A stretch of 64,000 bases of DNA from NCBI GenBank assembly GCA_045655765.1, contig JAZOQA010000075.1, forward strand, positions 1,676 to 65,675. Reading direction: 5' to 3'. This document shows positions 29,898 through 38,004 of the stretch, one piece after another (positions within the stretch are counted from its first letter, which is position 1; each line of letters starts with the position of its first letter). The position numbers were made by a program, and so were the translations under genes. The notes under the pieces were generated by a model. It was not told the DNA's origin, did no database searches, and worked only from the letters and a program-made list of their open reading frames with translations. The stretch is from Eubacteriales bacterium (GTDB lineage: Bacteria; Bacillota; Clostridia; Oscillospirales; CAG-272).

Positions 29898-30974
29898 ATG
29901 GTTGAAGAAGTCAACGAATTTGATTTTGAAAATCGAATTGTTTCAAACGAATACAGCGAAGAGCACGATTCCGACGTAGAAAATCCTCTTCGTCCGAAAT
30001 TTTTAGAGGATTACGTAGGTCAGACGGTCGCAAAAACGAACTTAAAGGTCTATATTGAAAGTGCGAAAATGAGAAACGATGCACTCGACCACGTTCTTCT
30101 CTACGGCCCTCCCGGTCTTGGAAAAACAACGCTTTCCGGCATTATTGCAAACGAAATGGGCGTAAATATCAGAACCACCTCAGGACCCGCTATTGAAAAG
30201 CAGGGCGACCTTGCGGCAATACTCACCAACTTAAACGAGGGCGACGTGCTTTTCATCGATGAAATTCACAGACTTACACGTGCGGTTGAGGAAATTCTCT
30301 ACCCCGCAATGGAGGACTATTCGCTCGATATTATAATCGGTAAGGGACCGAGCGCACGCTCCATACGCTTGCCTATACCGAAATTCACGCTCATCGGTGC
30401 AACAACAAGAGCCGGACAGCTCTCTTCCCCCCTAAGAGACCGCTTCGGCGTGCTTTTGAAGCTTGAGCTTTACAGCCCCGAGGAGCTTGCCGCAATAGTA
30501 AAGCGTTCGGCAAAAATACTCGAAATTGAAATAACCGAGGACGGAGCGTACGCTATTGCCTCCCGTTCAAGAGGAACTCCGAGAATTGCCAACCGTCTTC
30601 TCAAGCGTGTGCGTGACTTTGCACTTGTAAGAGGCAACGGAAGCATAACCTCGGAAATTGCAAAATTTGCACTTGATGCTCTTGAAATCGACGAGCTTGG
30701 TCTTGACAACACGGACAGAAAAATGCTTGAGGCAATAATAAAGTTTTACGGCGGCGGACCTGTCGGTCTTGAAACCCTTGCCGCTACAATCGGTGAGGAG
30801 TCAGTAACAATAGAGGACGTTTACGAGCCTTATCTTATGCAAATAGGATTTCTTTCCAGAACCCCCCGTGGAAGATGTGCTACAAGGCTTGCATACGACC
30901 ACCTGGGCATTCCGTTTGGCTCAACGCAATCGAACAGAGAACAAAAGTCGTTTTTTGATGAATCAGACAAATAA
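29898..30974 (+). CDS. ruvB: Holliday junction DNA helicase RuvB
   Basis: [12 protein letters not shown], Walker [10 protein letters not shown], Walker [10 protein letters not shown], and sensor [18 protein letters not shown]. Confidence 0.97.
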   Translation: MVEEVNEFDFENRIVSNEYSEEHDSDVENPLRPKFLEDYVGQTVAKTNLKVYIESAKMRNDALDHVLLYGPPGLGKTTLSGIIANEMGVNIRTTSGPAIEKQGDLAAILTNLNEGDVLFIDEIHRLTRAVEEILYPAMEDYSLDIIIGKGPSARSIRLPIPKFTLIGATTRAGQLSSPLRDRFGVLLKLELYSPEELAAIVKRSAKILEIEITEDGAYAIASRSRGTPRIANRLLKRVRDFALVRGNGSITSEIAKFALDALEIDELGLDNTDRKMLEAIIKFYGGGPVGLETLAATIGEESVTIEDVYEPYLMQIGFLSRTPRGRCATRLAYDHLGIPFGSTQSNREQKSFFDESDK

Positions 30975-31004
30975 TTCACGGCAGTTTTTTGAATTTACAA
31001 AAAA

Positions 31005-31056
31005 ATCACAGCAGACCCTGGCTTGCATAGAAGCTCTGTCTGCTGTGATTTTTCTT
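31005..31056. terminator. Bidirectional intrinsic terminator between convergent ruvB and rpe
   Basis: 12-bp stem ATCACAGCAGAC / GTCTGCTGTGAT with a 21-nt loop. It is preceded by AAAAAAA and followed by TTTTCTTGTTTTTT. Confidence 0.7.
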
Positions 31057-31158
31057 GTTTTTTGTATTTTTTTAACAAATTTGGGAAGCGAAAAGCACTA
31101 TATACAAAACGCATTTTTATTTAAAAATCAAAACACAAAATGTTCTCTGAAACCATTT

Positions 31159-31800
31159 TTACCTGAGGGCATCAATCGCCACTTTTCTGTCCTTGGCTTT
31201 AAATACAGAGCTTCCCGCTACAAGCACGTTTGCACCTGCAAGCTTTGCCGCTTCTGCGTTCTCGGGCTTGATTCCGCCGTCAACCTGAATGTCTACGTTC
31301 AAGCCGCGCTTCGTTATTTCAGCTTTTAGATTTTTGACCTTTTCAAGCGTTTCGGGTATAAGCGCCTGACCGCCGTAGCCCGGCTCTACCGTCATTACAA
31401 GAACCATATCGCACATTTCAAGATACGGGTATACGGTTTCAATGGGGGTGTTCGGCTTTACTGAAACTGCCGCTTTTTTACCACGCCTTTTTATGATTTC
31501 AAGTGCAGCACACACGTCATTTGTTGCCTCTGTATGGAACGTTACTATATCAGCGCCCGCATCTATAAAGCGTTCTATGTACACCTCGGGGGTATCAATC
31601 ATAAGATGCACGTCAAAAACCATTTTGCTCTTTTTTCGCAGTGCCTCAACAACAGGAAGACCAAAGGAAATGTTAGTCACAAATTTGCCGTCCATAACGT
31701 CAAGATGCACCATATCCGCACCTGCTCTTTCAATGTCGGCAACCTCCTCGCCAAGTCTTGTAAAATCACAAGCGAGAACAGACGGTGAAATTTTTACCAT
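31159..31800 (-). CDS. rpe: Ribulose-phosphate 3-epimerase
   Basis: ISPSVLACDF start, HLDVMDG.FV.NISFG, VHLMI, VMTVEPGYGGQ, and VDGGI. Confidence 0.95.
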   Translation of the reverse strand: MVKISPSVLACDFTRLGEEVADIERAGADMVHLDVMDGKFVTNISFGLPVVEALRKKSKMVFDVHLMIDTPEVYIERFIDAGADIVTFHTEATNDVCAALEIIKRRGKKAAVSVKPNTPIETVYPYLEMCDMVLVMTVEPGYGGQALIPETLEKVKNLKAEITKRGLNVDIQVDGGIKPENAEAAKLAGANVLVAGSSVFKAKDRKVAIDALR

Positions 31801-31995
31801 TTTATACCTCTTTTATTATATAATATTATTGTAACAAAAAAACTATCCGCTGCGTAATATAAATTTAGAAAAGCAACGTAATATTGACCGAGTGGACTTT
31901 AAAGTTAAGGGACGTATGAGAAAATCATCTCGAAAAATATTACGTCGTTTTTGGAGGCTGCGTTTGAAGCATAGAATGCTTCGGACGCCCTCTTT

Positions 31996-32475
31996 TTATT
32001 TATAAAGCAGCACCACACAGTGTGCGGCAGCTCCCTCACCGCTGCCGGTAAAGCCAAGATGCTCCTCGGTGGTAGCCTTTACGTTAACGTCATCAGCGGA
32101 CATACCTAATCCAAAGGCAATGTTTTCACGCATTTTTTCTATATACGGCAAAACCTTTGGCTTTTGAAGCACAAGCGTTGCATCAAGGTTTGAAACACGG
32201 TAGCCTGAGTCCCTCATCATTTTTGCAACACGGGTCAAAAGATGCATACTTGAAATGCCCGAGAACTCCTCGTCGGTATCGGGAAAAAGCTTTCCTATAT
32301 CTCCAAGCCCAAGTGCTCCTATGACTGCATCCATAACTGCGTGAACAAGCACGTCCGCATCGGAATGACCGAGAAGTCCGTATTCATAAGGAATCTCCAC
32401 CCCTCCAATTATCAGCTTTCTTTCGGGGACGAGCCTATGTACGTCGTATCCGTGTCCGATTCGAAAATCACTCAT
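31996..32475 (-). CDS. ispF: 2-C-methyl-D-erythritol 2,4-cyclodiphosphate synthase
   Basis: RIGHGYDVHRL, GHSDADVLVHA and GDIGKLFPD motifs. Its start overlaps the ispD stop by 8 nt. Confidence 0.96.
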   Translation of the reverse strand: MSDFRIGHGYDVHRLVPERKLIIGGVEIPYEYGLLGHSDADVLVHAVMDAVIGALGLGDIGKLFPDTDEEFSGISSMHLLTRVAKMMRDSGYRVSNLDATLVLQKPKVLPYIEKMRENIAFGLGMSADDVNVKATTEEHLGFTGSGEGAAAHCVVLLYK

Positions 32476-33163
32476 CTACATATCCTCTTTCGATTAAAAA
32501 TTCCGCATATTCCAAATCACGTCTTGTAGTTATTTTAAAATTATATTCCCCCGTGTCCACAGGGAAAACCGTATGCCCCAAAAGCTCGACGAGCATATTG
32601 TCGTCCGTGACGTTATTTTCACCTTTAAACTCAAGTGCAGTGCGGTATAACTCCGAAGAAAACACCTGAGGTGTTGCGGCGAAACGTAGGGAATCCCTTG
32701 AGACAGTGTTACATATCATACCGTCACCGTCAAGCACCTTTACCGTATCAGTCACCAAAGACACAGCACTTGCCGCACCGTGAATATAAGCCGCCTTGAC
32801 CACCTCGTCTATTTGCTCCGACCTTATCATACATCTTGCGGCATCGTGTATGGCGACGAATTTGCACTCCGAAGAAACTGATTTAAAGCCCCGCTCTGCC
32901 GACTCTCGCCTCGTTTTTCCTCCGACTACAACAGCTCTGAGCTTTTGAATACCTCGTGTTTCGTTTTTTGCAAATTCAACCTCGCCCTCACCGCATACCA
33001 CAATGATTTCATCAATCTCCGAGGCACGGTCAAACGCCTCAACACTGCGCAGAAGTATGCTCTTGCCGGATATTTTCATTCTTTGCTTTGTTGTTTCGGA
33101 CTTCATTCTTGTTCCCATTCCTGCGGCAAGAATCACCGCAGAGGTAAATGCTCCGCCACTCAT
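32468..33163 (-). CDS. ispD: 2-C-methyl-D-erythritol 4-phosphate cytidylyltransferase
   Basis: AVILAAGMGTRM P-loop-like motif and a VAIHDAARC motif. ATG 33163 lies 9 nt after GGAG. The ORF track start is 33214. Confidence 0.92.
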   Translation of the reverse strand: MSGGAFTSAVILAAGMGTRMKSETTKQRMKISGKSILLRSVEAFDRASEIDEIIVVCGEGEVEFAKNETRGIQKLRAVVVGGKTRRESAERGFKSVSSECKFVAIHDAARCMIRSEQIDEVVKAAYIHGAASAVSLVTDTVKVLDGDGMICNTVSRDSLRFAATPQVFSSELYRTALEFKGENNVTDDNMLVELLGHTVFPVDTGEYNFKITTRRDLEYAEFLIERGYVDE

Positions 33164-33168
33164 CAAAA

Positions 33169-33507
33169 TCATCTCCTGTAATATACAAAATGAACAGTTA
33201 AAATACGCACACACCCATCTTCAAGCATATTGGGACCTGTTATTATAACGCCGTTGCCACTCATCAAGGGATTTATTCCGAGGTTTTTTACAGGGCACAT
33301 AAAAAGCCTGTTCCCCGACGTGTCGATAATAAGAACCTCGTCCTTTAAGCATACAGAGCCTCTTCTGCCAACTACGTTTTCGTTTCCATCCACGTATTCT
33401 GTGACGTATTTTATCTCCTGTCCGTGCAAGGACCTCGCCTGCTCCAGACGGTATGAGTAGCTATCGTAATCCTTTTTTGAGCCAAACAGCCGCTTTAAAA
33501 ATGACAT
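33169..33507 (-). CDS. Hypothetical 112-aa protein
   Basis: ATG 33507 is preceded by GGAGG at 9-nt spacing. I recognise no motif. Its stop is 5 nt before the ispD start (or overlaps an alternative ispD ATG as ATGA). Confidence 0.5.
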   Translation of the reverse strand: MSFLKRLFGSKKDYDSYSYRLEQARSLHGQEIKYVTEYVDGNENVVGRRGSVCLKDEVLIIDTSGNRLFMCPVKNLGINPLMSGNGVIITGPNMLEDGCVRILTVHFVYYRR

Positions 33508-33626
33508 ACCCACAATCCTCCGTCTTATATACATATAGATTTTACCATAAAAAAAACGAAAATGGAAGTCTTTTTTCGTCTTTTAAATATGTTTTAAAAA
33601 ATTTTTACATTTTTTTGAAAAACCCC

Positions 33627-33655
33627 TTGATTTTTTAGAGATTATATATTATAAT
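33627..33655 (+). promoter_or_regulatory. Sigma-A-type promoter of the mraZ/dcw operon
   Basis: TTGATT, a 17-nt spacer, then TATAAT, about 105 nt upstream of the mraZ ATG. Confidence 0.6.
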
Positions 33656-33665
33656 ATAAATCAAG

Positions 33666-33689
33666 GTGGGGCGTTGTGGATTAATGTGG
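33666..33689 (+). promoter_or_regulatory. Putative MraZ operator: three direct GTGG boxes at exact 10-bp spacing
   Basis: GTGGGG-cgtt-GTGGAT-taat-GTGGTG, with box starts at 33666, 33676 and 33686, immediately downstream of the -10 element. Two inverted CCAC boxes follow at 33710 and 33721. Confidence 0.6.
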
Positions 33690-33760
33690 TGTAAAAATAC
33701 CGTAAAAAACCACTAAAAACCCACAAACAACCAAAAAACATTCAAAGAGGAGGTAAGATT

Positions 33761-34183
33761 ATGTCATTCGTCGGTCACGCAACACATTCACTCGATGCAA
33801 AAAAGCGTGTATTCATTCCGTCTAAATTCCGTGATGACCTTGGCGATGTATTTTACATCACAAGAAAATTTGAGCCTTACCTCTCTATATACACAGCAGA
33901 CGAATGGGAGGCATACGTTGACAAAATTGAGCGTCTGCCCGAATCCATAGCCGTTGAGGTTCAGGATTTCATTCTCGGCTCTGCACAAAAATGCACCCCC
34001 GATGCAAGCGGAAGAATCATTCTCGATGAGGGTCTTGCCGCACACGCAGGCATAGTCAAAAACATAGTTTTCGTCGGAGCGGGACGTCAAATCCGTCTTT
34101 GGTCCGAGGAAAATTGGATCGTAAAGGAAAAGAGCCGTGACTTTGAAAAGATGCGTGAAATTATGCTTCAAAACGGACTTTGA
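33761..34183 (+). CDS. mraZ: Transcriptional regulator MraZ
   Basis: F.GH..HSLDAKKRVFIPSKFRD and a second DASGRIILDEGL half (duplicated SpoVT/AbrB-like fold). AGGAGG lies before the ATG. Confidence 0.95.
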   Translation: MSFVGHATHSLDAKKRVFIPSKFRDDLGDVFYITRKFEPYLSIYTADEWEAYVDKIERLPESIAVEVQDFILGSAQKCTPDASGRIILDEGLAAHAGIVKNIVFVGAGRQIRLWSEENWIVKEKSRDFEKMREIMLQNGL

Positions 34184-34212
34184 TAACAAAAACGTTAAAG
34201 GGAGACGGAGCA

Positions 34213-35157
34213 ATGTCGGAAATTTTCTTTAATCACGTGTCCGTGCTGCTTTACGAATGTATTGATGCACTCAACATTCGGGACGGTTATACATACGTAG
34301 ATGCAACCGCAGGCGGCGGAGGACATTCCCTCGAGATTGCAAAAAAACTCGGAAAGAATTCAAGGCTCATCGCCTTTGACCGAGATCCAAACGCAATAAA
34401 GGCAGCGAGCGAGAGATTAAGAGACTATTCAGACAAGGTGATATTCATAAACGACAACTTTTCTTCCTTAGATAAAATAATCAAAGAATATAACATTAAT
34501 AACCTTGGCGGTGTTCTTGCAGACCTCGGTTGCAGCTCGCATCAGTTTGACACACCGGAGCGAGGCTTCAGCTATATGCACGATGCCCCTCTGGATATGA
34601 GAATGGACACGACCGCACCGCTCTCGGCATACGAGGTTGTAAACGAATACTCGTTTGAAAGACTCAAAAAGATAATATACGACTACGGCGAGGAACGTTT
34701 TGCACCGAAAATAGCAGACAAAATCTGCAAGGCAAGAGAAACCTCCCCCATCAAAACTACTCACGAGCTTACGGATATTATTAAATCGGCAATTCCTCCG
34801 GCGGCAAGGAGTGACGGACCTCATCCGGCAAAAAGAACGTTCCAAGCGATAAGAATAGAGGTCAACTCCGAGCTTGATGCAATAGAGCCGCTTATAAAAA
34901 CGGCGGCACACGCTCTTGTCTCGGGGGGAAGAATGGCAATCATTTCATTCCACTCGCTTGAAGACAGGATAGTCAAGCAAAGCTACAAGAGTCTAATGGG
35001 CGGTTGCACCTGTCCAAGAGACTTCCCTATTTGCGTATGCGGCAATAAGCCTTTAATTAAAGATGTTACAAAAAAGCCTATTTTTCCCTCGGAGGAAGAA
35101 TTAAATCTAAACCCCAGAGCACGCAGTGCAAAGCTGAGGGTTGCGGAAAAAATATAA
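34213..35157 (+). CDS. rsmH: 16S rRNA (cytosine1402-N4)-methyltransferase RsmH
   Basis: HVSVLLYECIDAL, DATAGGGGHS, DLGCSSHQFD and ISFHSLEDRIVK motifs. Start is taken at M12 of the ORF-track product. Confidence 0.95.
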   Translation: MSEIFFNHVSVLLYECIDALNIRDGYTYVDATAGGGGHSLEIAKKLGKNSRLIAFDRDPNAIKAASERLRDYSDKVIFINDNFSSLDKIIKEYNINNLGGVLADLGCSSHQFDTPERGFSYMHDAPLDMRMDTTAPLSAYEVVNEYSFERLKKIIYDYGEERFAPKIADKICKARETSPIKTTHELTDIIKSAIPPAARSDGPHPAKRTFQAIRIEVNSELDAIEPLIKTAAHALVSGGRMAIISFHSLEDRIVKQSYKSLMGGCTCPRDFPICVCGNKPLIKDVTKKPIFPSEEELNLNPRARSAKLRVAEKI

Positions 35158-35178
35158 AAACACAGGAGAAAAAAAGAG

Positions 35179-35622
35179 ATGAATTCTACAAGCACGTACG
35201 ACAGATTATATTCCAATCTCAAAAATCACTATATTGTGCAGAACAACAACAGCGAATATACCCTCGGCGAATATATGCTTATGAAAGCTAACGGAATAGA
35301 CGAAAAATCATCTCTTCCTGTAACTGTTCACGAAGGCACAAGCATAAGAACTCTTCAAAGCATAGTTTCCTACGTAAACGACAAGCTTACGATAAAAAAT
35401 CCTCCGGCAAAGGATAAGACGATGAAGGCTTTCCCGTTCCGAACCTCCCTTGCCTCTCTTTTGTCTGCACTTCTCGTTTGCACGGTTGTTGTGACCTACG
35501 GTCTTGTAGGCTCAAGCAGACTTTCCTCCGACGCAGCGTCCGCCTCTGCGGAGTACCCCGTTTCCGAGTCGTTTGAGGAATATAACGGCGACACTGAAAT
35601 TTCTTCGGTGGAAATGTACTGA
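35179..35622 (+). CDS. Hypothetical single-pass membrane protein in the ftsL position of the dcw cluster
   Basis: 147 aa with one TM (LASLLSALLVCTVVVTYGLVG) near residue 100 and only about 30 residues after it. It sits between rsmH and the PBP gene. Confidence 0.55.
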   Translation: MNSTSTYDRLYSNLKNHYIVQNNNSEYTLGEYMLMKANGIDEKSSLPVTVHEGTSIRTLQSIVSYVNDKLTIKNPPAKDKTMKAFPFRTSLASLLSALLVCTVVVTYGLVGSSRLSSDAASASAEYPVSESFEEYNGDTEISSVEMY

Positions 35623-35676
35623 TTTTAATTTTAAATACTTAATTTCCTTTCATATTTTTAATTTGGCGGCAATAGA

Positions 35677-35720
35677 ATATAGCGATAGTCCTTTTGGGCT
35701 GTCGCTATATTTTTTGTTTT
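35677..35720 (+). terminator. Intrinsic terminator/attenuator inside the dcw cluster, upstream of the PBP gene
   Basis: 12-bp stem ATATAGCGATAG / CTGTCGCTATAT (one G-U pair) with a 10-nt loop, followed by TTTTTTGTTTT. Confidence 0.65.
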
Positions 35721-35737
35721 GTAAGGAATTTTACAGT

Positions 35738-37993
35738 ATGGATAAAAAAACTGTTAGACGTGCCGTGACAGAAAGGATAACAAAGCGTCGTATTATTGCC
35801 GTTGGAACTCTTCTTTCGGTTTTTCTCGTTTATCTTTTTTCAAATCTTTTTTATTTGCAGTACGTAAAGCACGATTACTACGTCAAAAAAACATACGACC
35901 AAATTACAACCTCATCACTTCTTCGGGCAGAGCGAGGAAAAATATACGATTCAAGTTACAACGTACTTGCGACCGACAAGACTGTGTGGCGTATTTTCAT
36001 TTCTACAAGAGACATAAAAAAGGCACAAAAAAACGGTTTTTCCGATTGCGGACAAATTATAGCCGACGGACTTGCCGAGATACTCTCGCTTGACCGTGAT
36101 GAGCTGTACATAAAAATCACCGAGACAAACCGCCTTGACGTCACAGTAAAAAAGGCGGCAAGCGAAGAAGAATATGAAAAGGTGCTTGATTTTATAATAA
36201 AGAATTCTCTTGAGGAGCTTATTTTCACAGAAGCACAAACCTCAAGATACTACCCGTCGGGAACACTTGCCGCACACGCACTCGGATTTACGGGAAGCGA
36301 CAACAACGGTCTTTTCGGTCTTGAATACTATTACGACTCGGTTCTTTCGGGAACGGACGGCTATTATTTATACGCAAAGGACGCAAACGGAAACGCCCTG
36401 CCAACGGAATACTCCGAAATCGTTCCCGCAGAGGACGGGTATTCTATAGTCACAACAATAGACTCGTTTTTACAAAGCAAGCTTGAAAGTCAGCTTGAGG
36501 CAATACGCATAAATCACGACGTACAAAACAGAGTTACGGGTATTGTAATGGACACGGAAACGGGAGCAATTCTGGCTATGGCAACCTCCTCCCCTTTCGA
36601 CCCGAATTCTCCGTTCCTATTGGATTCCGAATCCGAGGCAAAGCTCAGAGCCTCGGGCTACGTCGAGGGAAGCGAGGCGTACAAAAAATACAAAAACGAG
36701 CTTCTTGCCGAAATGTGGTCAAACAAGGCGGTAAGTCAGCTTTACGAGCCCGGCTCGACGTTCAAAATCGTCACGGTTGCAGCGGCACTTGATTCAGGCA
36801 CGTCAAAAATCACAGATACCTTTTCCTGCCGTGGATACCATCAGGTTGGCGGTTGGAGAATAAAGTGCCATAAGGTGACAGGTCACGGTTCGGGATTTTC
36901 TTTAGCATACGGCTTGCAAATGTCGTGCAATCCAACGATGATGACGGTTGCTGAAAGACTCGGTGCAGAAAATTTCTATTCTTACGTAGAAAAGTTCGGG
37001 TATTTTGAAAAAACCGGAATTGACCTCCCGGGCGAGGCATCGACCATCTTTCACAAGCTTGAAAATATCGGCTCAACAGAGCTTGCCACGGCTTCCTTTG
37101 GACAGAGATTTAAGGTCTCCGTCATAAATCAGCTCCGTGCTGTCTCGGCGGTCGCAAACGGCGGACGACTCATTACTCCTTATTTGGTTGAAAAGACACT
37201 CGACAAAAACGGAAACGTCATATCGATACACTCTGCAAACGAAGCTCCAAGGGTTGTTGACAGTGCTACGGCAGACCTTGTAGCATCTGTGCTTGAGGAG
37301 GGAGTAAGCGGCGAGGGCGGTGCAAAAAATGCCCGTGTAATCGGATTTAGCGTTGCGGCAAAAACAGGTACGTCGCAAAAGTTCGACGTCCTTGATGAAA
37401 ACGGAAATTCCTATTTGAGAATAGGCTCAACCGTCGCCTTTACAACGGGCTATGAGCGTAATATTTCTATGATTATTGTCGTTGACGAGCCTATGTCGAG
37501 CGTAAAATACGGAAGCGTTGTTGCCGCTCCTTACGTTTCGGCATTTCTTGAAGATGCACTTCCCTACCTCGAATACAAATCAACTGAGGAAGCTTCTAAT
37601 ATCGAAATAGAAAATTATGAAGGTATGAGTGTAAATTCCGCAGTCGGAAAACTTACAAAAAGCGATATTCAATATAAGGTAATAGGAAACGGAAGCACCG
37701 TGGTGTCTCAAATGCCGCCCCCCGGTGACGTTGTTACAAAAAAGCTTTGCACAGTATATCTTTATACCGAAAAGATGGACGAAGACACATATTTAATGCC
37801 CCGACTTGTCGGGCTTGATGCCGCAGAGGCAAACAAAATTGCCACAGGGCTAGGTCTGAACATAAAAATCAGCGGTCCTTTGAACTTGACAGGAGCGGTA
37901 AAGATAGTCGGGCAATCAATTGCCGAGGGAGAAAAAATCAAACGTGGACAGGTGCTGATACTGCGAGTTGCGGCGCTTGGCTTTGAAGATTAG
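35738..37993 (+). CDS. Class B penicillin-binding protein with two PASTA domains (FtsI / PBP2B / SpoVD family)
   Basis: N-terminal TM, then SXXK (GSTFK), SXN (SCN) and KTG (KTGT) motifs, with two C-terminal PASTA-like repeats. ATG 35738 follows AAGGA. The ORF-track extension from 35573 runs through the terminator. Confidence 0.9.
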   Translation: MDKKTVRRAVTERITKRRIIAVGTLLSVFLVYLFSNLFYLQYVKHDYYVKKTYDQITTSSLLRAERGKIYDSSYNVLATDKTVWRIFISTRDIKKAQKNGFSDCGQIIADGLAEILSLDRDELYIKITETNRLDVTVKKAASEEEYEKVLDFIIKNSLEELIFTEAQTSRYYPSGTLAAHALGFTGSDNNGLFGLEYYYDSVLSGTDGYYLYAKDANGNALPTEYSEIVPAEDGYSIVTTIDSFLQSKLESQLEAIRINHDVQNRVTGIVMDTETGAILAMATSSPFDPNSPFLLDSESEAKLRASGYVEGSEAYKKYKNELLAEMWSNKAVSQLYEPGSTFKIVTVAAALDSGTSKITDTFSCRGYHQVGGWRIKCHKVTGHGSGFSLAYGLQMSCNPTMMTVAERLGAENFYSYVEKFGYFEKTGIDLPGEASTIFHKLENIGSTELATASFGQRFKVSVINQLRAVSAVANGGRLITPYLVEKTLDKNGNVISIHSANEAPRVVDSATADLVASVLEEGVSGEGGAKNARVIGFSVAAKTGTSQKFDVLDENGNSYLRIGSTVAFTTGYERNISMIIVVDEPMSSVKYGSVVAAPYVSAFLEDALPYLEYKSTEEASNIEIENYEGMSVNSAVGKLTKSDIQYKVIGNGSTVVSQMPPPGDVVTKKLCTVYLYTEKMDEDTYLMPRLVGLDAAEANKIATGLGLNIKISGPLNLTGAVKIVGQSIAEGEKIKRGQVLILRVAALGFED

Positions 37994-38004
37994 CAGGTGA
38001 AAAT

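Noticed and set aside
30868-31329. 153-aa plus-strand ORF overlapping the ruvB 3' end, the terminator and rpe in antisense
   Set aside because: It reads through a bidirectional terminator and the well-supported rpe gene, so it is an artefact.
35573-35737. N-terminal 55-codon extension of the PBP ORF in the ORF track
   Set aside because: The extension overlaps the upstream gene and runs through a terminator hairpin. ATG 35738 has an AAGGA RBS and yields the normal short cytoplasmic tail plus TM start of class B PBPs.
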